Both the position numbers and the translations under genes were made by a program. This document shows, piece after piece, positions 12,984-26,192 of a DNA stretch of 64,000 bases (position 1 is the stretch's first letter; every line of letters begins with the position of its first letter). Origin of the DNA: Octopus vulgaris (lineage: Eukaryota). The stretch is taken from the NCBI GenBank assembly GCA_951406725.2, contig OX597840.1, positions 38,316,001 to 38,380,000 of the forward strand, given 5' to 3'. Below the pieces are notes generated by a model. It was not told the DNA's origin, did not search any database, and worked only from the letters and a program-made list of their open reading frames with translations.

Positions 12984-13915
12984 CAATATAGATATAATAT
13001 ATATACTTGTATGCTTGTGTTAAGATATATACATGTATTCATACATACATATATACATTCACATATACTTATGTATAAATATATCTATATAAATACATAT
13101 GTATGTATATATGTGTGTGTATGTGCATTCATACCTACATATTAAAATATGTATAAATATATATACATATATATATATATTTATATAAGCATGTATGCGT
13201 GTATAGACTTATGTATATATGTATATGTATATATATGTGTGTGCGTGTGCGTGTATATATATTATATTGCCTCTAGCATATTGACTGCCTTTCATCTTCG
13301 TTACATGAAAGCAAAATAATTAAATATAAATTTTTACAACACTATTAATCTCAACTAATTAATTATTATTAGCATAATTATGTAAAGTAAAGGTCTTTGG
13401 GAAATTATTCCTTAGAAATAATATGTTGGTTACTACCAAATAGTCGTTCAGACCGAAAATCTCCACAGAAAGGCAGACAATTCTTAGAATTTCAATTCCA
13501 TTTCGAACGAATCAAAAGGAATATATTCACAAGGCATTAATTCCGTGCGAGTCACGCTTGGTTGCATTCGGCTTCACTAATAACGTAAATTATACTATTT
13601 AGAGTTAAGCTAAGCTCGTCATACTTCATGCTTCGAGTATCCTAAACGCTACATCACAGCAGGGTGTATAAGGGCAGTCACAGCCGCCTTGAAGAGTTTC
13701 CTGAAACTTTGTAATTAATAAACTCGACATATACTGGATCGATTCTTCGTTGTGTGGCGTATCATAACTTTTCATATAATATTTCTGCTCTAAGTTTGGT
13801 TTTCTTTGTCGTCTCTGGTGCATTTGATGTACTCAGACAATTATTGTTGATATTATTATCCTTGTTTCTGTCAGCGTCTTCATCCTTACTATTTGAAATT
13901 TTGCTACCAACGTGA

Positions 13916-14500
13916 AGGCGGTGAGGTGACAGAATCGTTAGCACGCCGGGCGAAGCGCTTAGCAGTATTTCGTCTGCGGCTACATTCTGAGTTCAAATTC
14001 CGCCGAGGTCGTATTTGCCTTCCATCCTTTCGGGGTCGATTAAATAAGTACCACTTACGAATTGGGGTCGATGTAATCTACTTAATCCGTTTGTCTATCC
14101 TTCTTTGTCATCTCTGTGTTTAGACCCTTGTGGGTAGTAAAAAAATAGGTATTTCGTCTGCTGTTACCTTCTGAGTTCAAATTCCACCGAGGTTGACTTT
14201 GACTTTCATCCTTTTGGGGTCGATAAATTAAGTACCAGTTACGCACTGGGGTCGATGTAGTCGACTTAATCCGTTTGTCTGTCCTTGTTTGTCCCCTCTA
14301 TGTTTAGCCCCTTGTGGGTAGTAAAGAAATAGGCATTTTGCCTGTCTTTGTGTTCTGAGCTCAAATTTCACTAAGGTCGACGTTTGCCTTTCATCCTTCA
14401 GGGATCGTTAGAATAAGTACAAGTTGTGCACAGGGTCGCTGTAATTGACTTAAACACGAACAAGAAATTGCTGGCCTTGTGCCAAACTTCAGAACCAGCT
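13916..14500 (+). mobile_element. Family-C SINE with tandemly repeated 3' units
   Basis: Head GGCGGTGAGGTGACAGAATCGTTAGCACGCCGGGCG, then three repeats of TTCTGAGTTCAAATTCC..TTTCATCCTTT. Confidence 0.8.
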
Positions 14501-15015
14501 CTGTTGCCACCGTCGCCGCGGTTCTCTTTATTCTTGATTTTGTTGTTACTCTTGCAGATGCATTCGTTCATATAACTTTTGTTGTCTCCGACATCCTCTT
14601 CCTCATCATCGTCATCTTTACAACCGTTCGATGCTGTTGTTGTTGTTGCTTTTGTTATTGTGGTTGTTATTATTATTGTAGTAGTTATAGTTGTTATTGC
14701 TTTTGATGTTGTTGTTGTTGTTGTTATTGTTGTTGATTCTTCAAAGAACCAGCCGCGATCGAACCGATGACTGAAGGCATTCCAATATTTTTCTTTTTCA
14801 GATATAACGTATCCAGCACTACAAGATTCAGTGTGTTCTTCCCATTTATTGTGTGAGGATTGCATAACTAAACACAGACACATACATAGACATTTTTTTT
14901 TTTTGGCTTTTCAAATATACCGTAACTAACTCATAGGAATCAAAATTACAAACGTGTACGAATGTGAGTGTGTGCGTGTGTATGGGTGTATAAATATATA
15001 TATATACATACATAT

Positions 15016-15392
15016 AAATTAAATTAGAGATAAAACCACTATTAGGCAAATCAAGCAATGAAAGACATACACCAAAACATAAAAATAAACATAAATAATA
15101 TAATATACAAAATATATAAAATATAAAATTCAAAATTTAAATTGCTTATATTTAAAATTTTTATTTATATTTATACATTTTTATGTTTTTTAAATATTTA
15201 AAAAAAATTTTAACTTACATTTTTAAATTTTTTTTTTAAATTAAAAAATTAAAAGTTTAAAATTCATTCTTTGATTTGCCTAATAGTGGTTTTATCTTTA
15301 ATTTAACTTATATTTATACTGTGAAATTGGATTTAATCCTAAAGCTGGTTTTTCCCTGTAAGTTTGGATTTACTCCCTAATATTATTATTAT
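15016..15392 (-). repeat. Fold-back element, same family as 25831-26162 and 56151-56325 (probable Penelope-like terminus)
   Basis: AAATTAGAGATAAAACCACTATTAGGCAAATCAA (about 15021-15054) is inverted at about 15271-15304. The segment 15320-15390 is the reverse complement of the TATTAGGGAATAAATCCAAATTTACAGGGAAAAA segment at about 25836. Confidence 0.75.
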
Positions 15393-16125
15393 ATACATAC
15401 ATATATAAATATATATATATATATATGTTATTGAAATACGTATGTATATTGCGTGTGTACGTATGTATGTATATTATTGAAGCTAATTGGATAGTTCGAC
15501 GTATGATAGTAAACAGGGCTTTATCATCCAACAGATATACCAATAGAAAGTTATATAAAATTCAGGATTTGTGTGTGAATGTGTGAGAGTGTGTGTCAGT
15601 CTGGTGACTTTAATGTTGGATCAATATAAACGACTCCCAGCCAGATTAAGCAGCGGTTGTTGCTATGACGTTTTTAATCGTAGAGTGGCCTCCATCAAAT
15701 TCTCACCATTAACCTGAATTTCGTTCATGTTATATCTCTCATGGAGCAGTGCCGGTAGCTATTTACAATAAATAAATACAACACTACCACCGCTACCTAC
15801 GCTGCCACCGCTGCCACCTCAAAATTGTCTTTATTATATGCACCCATATATATTCACACATTTATACATACATACATTCACGCATTCGTATTATAAATCT
15901 ATATTAAAGCAGCGAACTGACATTCTTACCGTGTTAAGTTAAGTTCTCCCTCATTTCAAATCATGCCGGCGTTGACTTTGACTTTCGTACCTTCGGGGTC
16001 GATAAAATAAGGACCATTTGACCACTAGGGATATGTAATCGACCGATCTCTCGATGCAGAATTGCTAGCCTTATGACAAAATTTGAAATCAATGCCTCGG
16101 TATCAATGAATGAATGAATCGATTA

Positions 16126-16173
<48 letters not shown>

Positions 16174-16199
16174 AATGTCCATACATTTATGTACCTATG

Positions 16200-16313
<114 letters not shown>

Positions 16314-16587
16314 ATTATATATCGTAATAATAGTTAAAATAATAATAATAATAATAAACCATGGTAATAGAATAAATTAAAGTAGACTTACAAAGAATAA
16401 GACTTGGGGTCGATTTGCTCGGTTGATTGAGGTGCTCTAGCATGGACGCAGTCAAATGACTGAAACAAAGAAAAGAAGAAACGAATAAATACGTATCTTC
16501 GTGCGTGCGTACTCGCTTATGTTTGTGTTCATGCATGTGTCCGTACATATATACATACATAAATACATATATATACATACGTATCTT

Positions 16588-16970
16588 TTCTCTGTCACTT
16601 GTTTCAGTCATTACACTGCGGCCATGCTGGTGCACCGTCTTGAAGAATTTTTGGTCAAATGACTCGAACCCAATGACTTTTTTAAAGCCGGGTACTTATT
16701 TTATGAAACTCATTTGTAGAACGACTAGCTTACGAAGATGTAAACAAACCAAAACCGGTCGACAGACGGTTGTGAGGATGGTCAAAGACAGACACACAAG
16801 CACGCACTCGTAGATATATGCAAATACATATATACGACGGGATTCTTGCAGTTTCTGTCAATCAAATCTACTCGCAAAGGTTTGGTCGGCCCAAGGCTAT
16901 AGTAGAAGACATCTGCCCAAGGAACTCCGTACTATGACTGAACCCATGATCGTGTGGCTGCGAAATGAGC
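16588..16970 (-). mobile_element. Diverged family-A SINE
   Basis: CTTGTTTCAGTCATT..GCGGCCATGCTGGTGCACCG..GGTCGGCCCAAGGCTATAGTAGAAGACA. Confidence 0.65.
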
Positions 16971-17801
16971 TATGTGTATGTATTACTTGTCCCAGTGACC
17001 GACTAGACTATCAGATGTCGTTACACATCACGAATCACAATGGATGTTGCATCATTGTACCCTTCGAATGAGGTCGACTCTCTTGCTAGGCGAGCAGGCC
17101 AACATCCTCGCCAACCGATCGAACGGGTTCTGGATCAAAGTGAAATAAAGTGTTTTATTCAAGGACACATGATGACTGGTCATCGAACCCACGATCTAGT
17201 GATCCTGAGTACAACTACGCGACATGCCACGACCTATGCTTACATATATATATATATGAGGTGTGGGTGTAGCGGCTGCCTTCTCGTATAAGAGCTAAAC
17301 CATTGCTAGAAATATCCGCGCTTACACACACACACACACACACACATACACATAATATACATGTATAACTGTTTGTGTTTTCATTTTGCACTTAATATCA
17401 CTTCATAGCTTGACAAGTGAGTTATTTCTGTTACTTGTTACCTCGGCTACATAAGTTAATAGAATATGTTCCAGGCTAAACATACATACGTGCAAAGAAC
17501 GAATTGCTCAGTTAACTTTCAAAGTGTTGCACCAGTATGGCCGCTGTCAAATTATTAAGGCAAGCAAAAGGTAAAGGACAAAATGATATTTATCGTAATA
17601 CTCAGTTTCGTTTCCCCGGAACCAGTAACTGTGCGAAGTGATGTATTATTGAGATTAAATTGACAGGCAAAACAACAAAGTCAGCCATACGCAGCATCAA
17701 AACAAAGCCTGGCACAATGCACCGATGTACTCCAGGGAAATCATAGCCATCCAACTAAGTATGGATATATATATACACACATACATATACATACATATAA
17801 A

Positions 17802-17861
<60 letters not shown>

Positions 17862-20800
17862 TATATCTATGTATAAGTATTGCATGTGTATCGTTAGTGG
17901 TATGTTTGCACCTTATTCAAAACGGACGAGTAAGATCTTGCAGTATAATTTTGAACGGGTGTAAGTGTGTATATACATATATATGCATGTGTATCTATGT
18001 ATATATATGTATATATGCATGCGTATGTATATACATATATATATATATACATACATACACATATATAAATATAGTGGTGTGTGCGAGAGAGATGACTCTC
18101 TGTTGAGAGAGGACTCTCTGTTGAGAGAGGACTCTCTGAGTGTGTGTTAACTCCATGACAGCTTGGCAACGGGTATTGGTTTGTTCAGCCCTATAGAAAA
18201 AGTGCTACGCTTAAAAATAATAAGACTTGGCATTGATTTGTTTCACTAATAATTTTCAAGACAGTGTTCCAGCATGGCCGCAGTCAAATGAGTGTAACAA
18301 GTAGTAGAATAAAAGAATAAATGAATACAAACACACACACACTCACACATATAAAAATATATATATATATATATATATAGTCAATTCAAGCAACAACAAA
18401 CAAGAAAAGAGGATGTATATGTGTATTCATACATACATTTATATATATATATGTATGTATATACTTATATCTGCATGCATGTGTTTGTGTGTATGTGCGT
18501 GTGTGTGTGTGTGGTCGTAGCTTGAGCGCTGCTGATAGCATGTGCGGCACCGTCGGATCCTTGGCAACAATATATGCAACATTATAACATACGGGGATCG
18601 AAACCGTGACACGTCTTCTATGACGAATTATGTGCTGCATACGAGCGAATAATATACACAGACTGCCATTTCTTTCATTATATAGGCCGTGACCTTACCG
18701 TATAGCATTTTGTGTGAGACTACGGAATTAAATCTGATGGGTACGGTGCTATTTGTCTCTTTTTTAATACCTTACGCCATTCGAGCAAGTATAACAACTG
18801 CGAAACTCCAAGTAGCGCTCAGTTAAACTCGTTCTTGTGTTTGTCGTATACCTGAGATTTGCAACAATGAAGCTTTGTATTTTCAAACATATGGGACGTG
18901 CAATATAAATGGGCGCGATGCAGTTGTTGGCGCTGTCCACGTGGCTGCGTACTTTGTTGCAAGGCTTGCAGCAACAGTTATGTTCTTTATTGAGTACCAG
19001 TCGCTATACCTCCTTGGAGTCACGGTGCTGAGAGTCTTCCATTGGAACCTCGAAGTATCACACGTTTGCATCATATACGTCCTGTTTAAATACATGTAGC
19101 ACTCATGCTGCAGGTGATAACTGATGTAGTATAGATGGGGGCATTTGTGATTTTCGGTTGTCAAGAAGAACCTATGTTCTGTTTAAGATTCGTTCGCTCA
19201 TAGGCTTCGTATTTCTTTATCAGCATCGACAGATATAATTATATTCTGCTCAGGTTTTCTTCTTTTTCTTCCTGTCTCACATATTTCTCATCGTTGTATA
19301 TTTTTCTTACCTCTTTCTTGTTTATCCTTTACTAGGTCATTGTCAAATTTGATGAACGAACAATCATCATACCTGCATACATCCAAATATTGATTTTTGT
19401 TTTCTCCTTTTTTCTTAATTTCGTTCTCCGAAATGTAGTGCTGTTTGCTAATTTGCTCTATTTTTCCCGGGATTTTTCCCTCTTCAATATCTGACAGACT
19501 ACAATCTTACCATCTTCCTCTTTAAAGTCTCACGTAATTTAGGTTATTTGAGAAACTATCTCTGGAGCTAGTCTGGAGCTAGTCCAACACTAATTTGAAT
19601 ATCTTGTCATATTTTCAATGCAGAGTACTTATATTTTAAGCAAATATATTTTAAAGCTATTCTGACCTCCAGACTTATTTTAGTAACAGCATGTAATCCG
19701 GCAGTGAAAGGATGATATATTTGGCACTGAGTTTTAGTGCCTATTTCGATGGTTTGGATAAGTTTCAATTCCTAAATCCTGTGTTATTATTTCTTGGAAT
19801 TTCTAGACGTAAACTGAAGTGCTTTTAATATTTCTTTCTCGGAACAGTGGAATCTTATAACTTTCAAACTTGTCTCGCTGTTGAACTATTCTACAGAGAC
19901 AACACTGTAAGACATTAGATTGGGAAGCGATCTGTAAATCGCGGGTTTATGCGCTTCCACATTATAATTCCTGTCACTCAACTTGCGTGTTGATATCAAT
20001 TCTGCTTTCCTTATAATGAGTTCCACGTTTAGTCACACCAAGAGAGAAAGTGAGAGGAAGTAGGAGAGAAAAAGAATGTCCGTTTATAAGAATGAGCGTG
20101 AATAATGGTATATGAATGTAGTTCTGTATTTGTTATTAAAAATTCTGATATAATTGCAGTCTGCTCCAAAAATTTCAGCTGTCAGTGAAGCACCACGTTC
20201 AGACAAGGATTAGATCACATTCTGACCACCCCTGAAAGCCGATTGCATGTTGGAACGGATCAGTAGTTGATAAAATCGACTTTATTAGTAGAGTGGTACC
20301 AAAGAATCGTAACTCCGATAATGGTAAACCACTAAGTTTTAATTAACCAGCATTCGAAATCAGGGCCAAAAAAGCAATGGAAATTAGTGAAAATGTTTTT
20401 TCCCAAATTGACGCCGTATATTGCCATCGGTAGAATAATTTATATCTCTGATGAAAGAGTGTAAATTCGTGTTTTTAAAAGCATAAGCGGTATATAATAT
20501 AAACCTCACATTTCAAGTTCGAAAATGAAATCTCGGAAAAATTACGACAAAGAGTAATTTGACATACTTTCTCCTCATCCCATCGATATTAACTTAAGAA
20601 AATGAAATAAATTATTGTTCAATCCTGCAAATGAATATTTCATATAAATGGAAGGCCTTGGAAAATGCTTAGTGACATTTCGTCCGACTTCAAATTTCAA
20701 GTCCCGCTAAGGTCCTGTTTTACCTTTCAACCTTTTGGCGTAGATTAAATAACCACCAGTTGAGCACTGGCTCCACGTAATCGACTTATCTCAACACTGA

Positions 20801-20983
20801 GATTGCTGGCTTTATGCCAAAATTTGAAATCAAAATTTCGTATAAATTTTCATACAAATCAAAGGCAGCAAGATGGCGGAATTTTTAGTACCCCTGCCAA
20901 AATGCTTAACAGTATTTCGTCCGTTTTCACGTACATATTCCGCCGATGTAATTGACTTAACCGCCTTATTTGCAACCAATATG

Positions 20984-21022
<39 letters not shown>

Positions 21023-21526
21023 TCTTTCTTCGGTAATTGGACTGTAGCAATTCTAGAACACTGCAATTGATCAAGTTGAATGTAGAAATTATCCTTGAAA
21101 CATCGGTACTGCTTGTGAAACCGCAATTTTATGGTTTAAACAAAGAAGCGTTGTTTGTCAAATGTTGGTGGGAGGTAGTCACTAGCACACAAACACACAC
21201 AAACACACGCACACACAGACATACATACACATACACGCACTAACATGCATTACATGCATACATCAAATATACACACCACATAATGCACGTGCAAATACAT
21301 AGAAAGTTCCCATCAATACATTCAGTTCCAAAGCATTGTTCGGGATGAGCCTATGGTCAAAAATAATTGCGCTGGGTGCCGCATAGTGAGACTGAACCCA
21401 AAAACCCGTGGTTGCAAAGGCAGCACAGTCAGGTATTAGCCTGTCATAGAATAATGCTGCATCTCTCCCACCGCCTCATTCTCTCTCTCTCTCTCTCTGT
21501 TTACACACACACACACACACACATAC

Positions 21527-21576
<50 letters not shown>

Positions 21577-21581
<5 letters not shown>

Positions 21582-21755
21582 GGAAATGAAGAAAATGCTG
21601 ACAAAATAATTTAAGTAATTTAAGTAATTTAATTAGGTGAAGTTATTTTTACCGGTTGCGCATTTGTTATGCTTATCAAAAGAAATTTTTTTAAGAGAGA
21701 TAGAGTTCCTTTCTGATAGATTTTTTCCTCTTATCTGATATATTTTTTCCTCTTA
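21577..21755. repeat. ~180-bp element inserted in (TA)n; inverted copy at 44781-44960
   Basis: AAAAGGAAATGAAGAAAATGCTGACAAAATAATTTAAG..TTTTTACCGGTTGCGCATTTGTTATGCTTATCAAAAG..GATAGAGTTCCTTTCTGAT; (TA)n on both sides. Confidence 0.75.
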
Positions 21756-21965
21756 TATATATATATATATATATATATAATTGTAACAATGAGTGTCTTT
21801 GCAATAAGTTGCAAAGACCTTCATTATTATAATTAGATATAATTTTACCGAATATGGTCCTTTTCCATACCAAATACTACTTTGTGAAATTTGTTGATTT
21901 TATTAAATTAATTATATTTCACCCTTTATCTGTACTGTATATATATATATATATATATATACATT

Positions 21966-22035
<70 letters not shown>

Positions 22036-22157
22036 ATACATGTATATAAATTAGAGAAGAACCACCATGTAGCAATTCGATAATGATATACTTAAATCAT
22101 ACCGTGTGCCATATATGTATTATATATTGTGAAATTTCATTCAGTATTACTAAATTG

Positions 22158-22417
22158 GTGGAGGCGCCTGGTTTAGTGGTTAGGATGTCAGCATCATGAT
22201 CGTAAGATTGTGGTTTCGATTCTTAGATTGGGCGATGCGTTGTTTTCTTGAGCAAAACACTTCATTTCACGTTGCTCCAGTCCACTCAGCTGGCGTAAAA
22301 TAAGTAACGCTGCGATGGACTGCCGTCCTGTCCAACTGGGGAACACATACGCCACAGAAACCGGAAAACCGGGCCCATGAGCCTGGCTAGGCTTTAAAGG
22401 GGCGCATTTATTTATTT
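22158..22417 (+). mobile_element. Family-B tRNA-derived SINE with a 13-bp TSD
   Basis: GGAGGCGCCTGGTTTAGTGGTTAGG..GGTTTCGATTC head. TATTACTAAATTG at 22145-22157 and 22418-22430. Confidence 0.8.
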
Positions 22418-22496
22418 TATTACTAAATTGAATTTTTCCCTGTAAGATTGGAATCATATTCCTTACATATGTATGTATGTTTGTATGTAAGCATGT

Positions 22497-22731
22497 TGGC
22501 ACAAGCGTATCTGTGCAGTAAAATGTGTGCTTCTCAATCTTTGGGTTCTGTGTTCAGTCCTGCTGCGTGGCTCTTTGGGCAAGCGTCTTTTTCTTTGACC
22601 TCGGGCTGGACATAGACTTGTGTGTGAATTTGATAGACGGAAATTGAAAAATGTCTATCGTTTGCGCGTGGTCCGACGCGCGGGTGTGGTGTTTGTGTGT
22701 ATGTTTGTGTGTGTATGTGTGTGTGTGTGTG

Positions 22732-22764
<33 letters not shown>

Positions 22765-22945
22765 TTGACCTCCACATCCGCTTGACAACCATTGCTGATA
22801 CGTTTCCGCAAAAGAAACCGATAGAAAATGTGCCAGGCTTTAGATAGAAAATAAGTAATGGGATCATTTAATTCCACACTACATTCCTGAAAGCGGTGCA
22901 GCACCATCGGCGCAGTGTAAAGACCGAAACAAGTATCACAGGCGC
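22497..22945 (+). mobile_element. Diverged family-A SINE
   Basis: GTTCAGTCC..TTGGGCAAG..GAATTTGATAGACGGAAATTGAAA..(TG)n..CGCTTGACAACC. Confidence 0.65.
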
Positions 22946-23059
22946 GAGTGTAGCGGCATTAAATATAAAATAACAGACAGAACATTCTGGAGTGTGAGAT
23001 GGTCAACGGGACGACAAAGAAAGCAATCAAAGTATAACTGACATAAATATAAAAAATAC

Positions 23060-23612
23060 GTAGGAGTGACTGTGTGGTAAGTAACTTGCTTACAAGCCAC
23101 ATGGTTCCGGGTTCAGTCCCACTGCGGGGCACCTTGGGCAAGTGTCTTCTGCTATAGCCTCGAGCTGACCAAAGCCTTGTGAGTGGATTTGAAGGACGGA
23201 AACTGAAGGAAGCTCGTCATATATATGTATATATGTATATATGTATGAGTGTGTGTGCTTGTGTGTCTGTTTTTGCCCCACCAACCTCGCTTGACAACCG
23301 ATGCTGGTGTGTTTATGTCCCCGTAACTTAGATGACCAAAGCCTTGTAAGTGGATATGGTAGACGGAAATTGAAAGAAGCCCGTCGTATATATGTATATA
23401 TGTATATATGTATGTGTGTATGTTTGTGTGCCTGTTTTTGTCCCACCAACCTCGCTTGACAACCGATGCTGGTGTGTTTATGTCCCCGTAACTTAGCGGT
23501 TCGGCAAAAGTACTAGGCTTACAAACAATAAGTCCTCGCATCGATTTGCTTGACTAAAGGCGGTGCTCCAGCATGGCCACAGTCTAACGACTGAAACAAG
23601 TAAAGGAGCAAG
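23060..23612 (+). mobile_element. Family-A SINE with an internal ~167-bp duplication
   Basis: The segment TGACCAAAGCCTTGT..CCCCGTAACTTAG occurs twice (about 23166-23331 and 23333-23496). Confidence 0.85.
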
Positions 23613-24026
23613 AAAAAAAAAAGAGTAAATGTAACACCCGAGAAAACGACAAATCAAAACAGAGGGAAGAAGAGAAGAAACGAAAATTGTAAAAAGCTGA
23701 AGGAATGAGATATATATGGAGATTAAGGATATCGGAGAGAAGAAATTAAGGATTTGGGCGATGCAGCGACAGATAGAAGATTACTGAAGGAGTTCAGTGA
23801 GTAAACAACTGTAAACAGATATGTCACGAAACAGATTCGATTGCGTAATGCAGAAACAGGCACAGATATGCGATGGTATCAGCGAATAGGAAGGCATATG
23901 TGAGCGGGAAACGACTGGAAAAAATAGAATTGTAATCATTAGATCAGAAAAATGTTATTTAGATGAGGGGAAAAAACAACGCTACCAATGACGGCAAAAA
24001 ACCCCAATAAATCTACAGAATCTATA

Positions 24027-24197
24027 GGCGCAGGAGTGGCTGTGGGGTAAGTAGCTTGCTAACCAACCACATGGTTCCGGGTTCAGTCCCACTGCGTGGC
24101 ATCTTGGGCAAGTGTCTTCTGCTATAGCCCCGGGCCGACCAATGCCTTGTGAGTGGATTTGGTAGACGGAACCTGAAAGAAGCCTGTCGTATATATG

Positions 24198-24246
<49 letters not shown>

Positions 24247-24476
24247 CTGTCTGTGTGTTTGTGTGTCTGTGTTTGCCCTCCTAGCATTACCTGACAACCG
24301 ATACTGGTGTGCTTATGTCCCCGTCACTTAGTGGTTCGGCAAAAGAGACCGATAGAATAAGTACTGGGCTTACAAAGAGTAAGTCCCGGGGTCGATTTGC
24401 TCGACTAAAGGCGGTGCTCCAGCATGGCCGCAGTCAAATGACTGAAACAAGTAAAAGAGTAAAAGGGTAAAAGAGA
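24027..24476 (+). mobile_element. Full-length family-A SINE (octopus OK-like)
   Basis: GGCGCAGGAGTGGCTGTGGGGTAAG (A-box-like), GGTTCAGTCC (B-box-like), internal microsatellite and GTAAAAGA tail. Confidence 0.88.
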
Positions 24477-24969
24477 GGTTTGCCAAATGAATTTATGATT
24501 GTTATAAATACAATTTGTAACAGTATTTTTTCTCCGCCACCTCTGTCTTTCTTCCTCGCTCACTCTCTTTATCTTTACATTTATTATTTCTTTGCTACCC
24601 ACAAAGGGGCTAAACATAGAGGGGACAAACAAGGACAGACAAATGGATTAGGTCGATTATATTGACCCCAGTGCGCAACTGGTACTTATTTAATCGACCC
24701 CGAAAGGATGAAAGTTGGATATTTCATCTTTGTTCGTTTAGTATTTGGGTTTAATTTTTGATTTGTTTGAATCTATGTTCCTTTTTTTTTTTTGGTTAAT
24801 TTTCGCATTTTGACACATAAAAACACATTCTAAATTTGTTTTGTTTTTTTACGCGTGCCCAAACACGTTGAATACTTACACTGAACAGGTTTTACAGCCA
24901 CTTCACCCAAACCGACCAGGCGAAACCAAGCTAACTGCCAGTATATATATATATATAATTAAAATATAA

Positions 24970-25496
24970 TAGCTGTCGGTCAAGTAGTGTGGAGCGACTG
25001 ACCTCCCTTGTTCGAAGGTTATATGGATACAGTTTGTGTATCAAATAGCTAACTTAAGGCGATGGCCTCATGGAGCTAATAAGCGGACAGCTTTATTCTT
25101 ATTTTTATAAGAATGCCATATTAGTATGGCGATATCTATTATTTTCCAGGAACGCTGCCGTGATCTCTTTTAGAGAGATGTAGTAATTTTAATATTTCTA
25201 TTATTGAAAACAAGTGGATGTATTCCACTGAAACTAGGTAAATAAAACCTTCGAACAGAGATTGTCGGAAGCGACACCTACTGGTCTGACTACGCTACAT
25301 TGAAAAGGGGCAATACCCCGAAACGCGTCTGTAGCTGTCGGTCAAGTAGTGTGGAGCGACTGACCTCCCTTGTTCGAAGGTTATATGGATACAGTTTGTG
25401 TATCAAATAGCTAACTTAAGGCGATGGCCTCATGGAGCTAATATGCGGACAGCTTTATTCTTATTTTTATAAGAATGCCATATTAGTATGGCGATA
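24970..25496 (+). mobile_element. Retrozyme-like or Penelope pseudo-LTR (pLTR) element: 362-bp unit with a 165-bp direct repeat and an HHR motif at the junction, inserted in (TA)n
   Basis: 24970-25134 is repeated almost exactly at 25332-25496; HHR motif at 25294-25335; (TA)n on both sides. Confidence 0.75.
25294..25335 (+). ncRNA. Minimal type-I hammerhead motif with a mutated core
   Basis: GCTACA-TTGAAAA-GGGG caata CCCC-GAAA-CGC-GTC-TGTAGC: 6-bp stem I, 4-bp GC stem II, palindromic ACGCGT stem III. The core differs from CUGANGA at two positions. Confidence 0.7.
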
Positions 25497-25780
25497 ACTA
25501 TATATATATATATATATATACGAACATGCATATACACATGTATATAGATTTAGATAGATAGACAGACAGACGGACATTATGCGTACATAACTTAATACCC
25601 AATGAACGAGAAACAAGTATCCAAGGATTAAATCCTGTGGAGAGAATATAGATATATTTTTTTATTCATTACAACTGAAGCTGCAAGGTTCTATCGCACG
25701 CGAGTAAAATAATTTCGGTTTCAATATACAAAATGTATATGTGTGAGTTTATGTGCGTGTGGTGTGTGAATGCATGTATG

Positions 25781-25830
<50 letters not shown>

Positions 25831-25833
<3 letters not shown>

Positions 25834-26158
25834 AATATTAGGGAATAAATCCAAATTTACAGGGAAAAAATCAGATTTAGGATTAAATCCAATTTTATAG
25901 TAAAATATTATAAAATATTATTAGAGACAAAACCACTATTTTGCAAAACAAACAAGGAAAGACTTAATCAATACATAAAATTTTAATAAATAGTCAAAAT
26001 TTGAAACTGACTTATTGGAAGTCCACCTGAAGATTGTCGATCAAGACAAGAAACAATTGTAGTGGCGGTTTTTTTTGACTATTTATTAAAATTTTATGTA
26101 TTGATTAAGTCTTTCCTTGTTTGTTTTGCAAAATAGTGGTTTTGTCTCTAATAATATT

Positions 26159-26162
<4 letters not shown>
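25831..26162 (+). mobile_element. Fold-back element in (TA)n: ~88-bp near-perfect inverted repeats enclosing a hammerhead
   Basis: 25911-25999 pairs with about 26073-26161; the spacer contains the HHR. Confidence 0.85.
26023..26065 (+). ncRNA. Minimal type-I hammerhead ribozyme with an intact core
   Basis: CCAC-CTGAAGA-TTGTC gatcaa GACAA-GAAA-CAATTG-TA-GTGG: all core positions present, GUA cleavage triplet, self-complementary ACAATTGT stem III. Confidence 0.85.

Positions 26163-26192
<30 letters not shown>

Noticed and set aside
14398-14883. 161-aa minus-strand ORF
   Set aside because: Mostly (ACA)n/(GAT)n low-complexity sequence plus a SINE tail; no recognisable domain.
18094-18140. 18-bp minisatellite GACTCTCTGTTGAGAGAG (about 2.5 copies)
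   Set aside because: Short local slippage duplication with no further structure.
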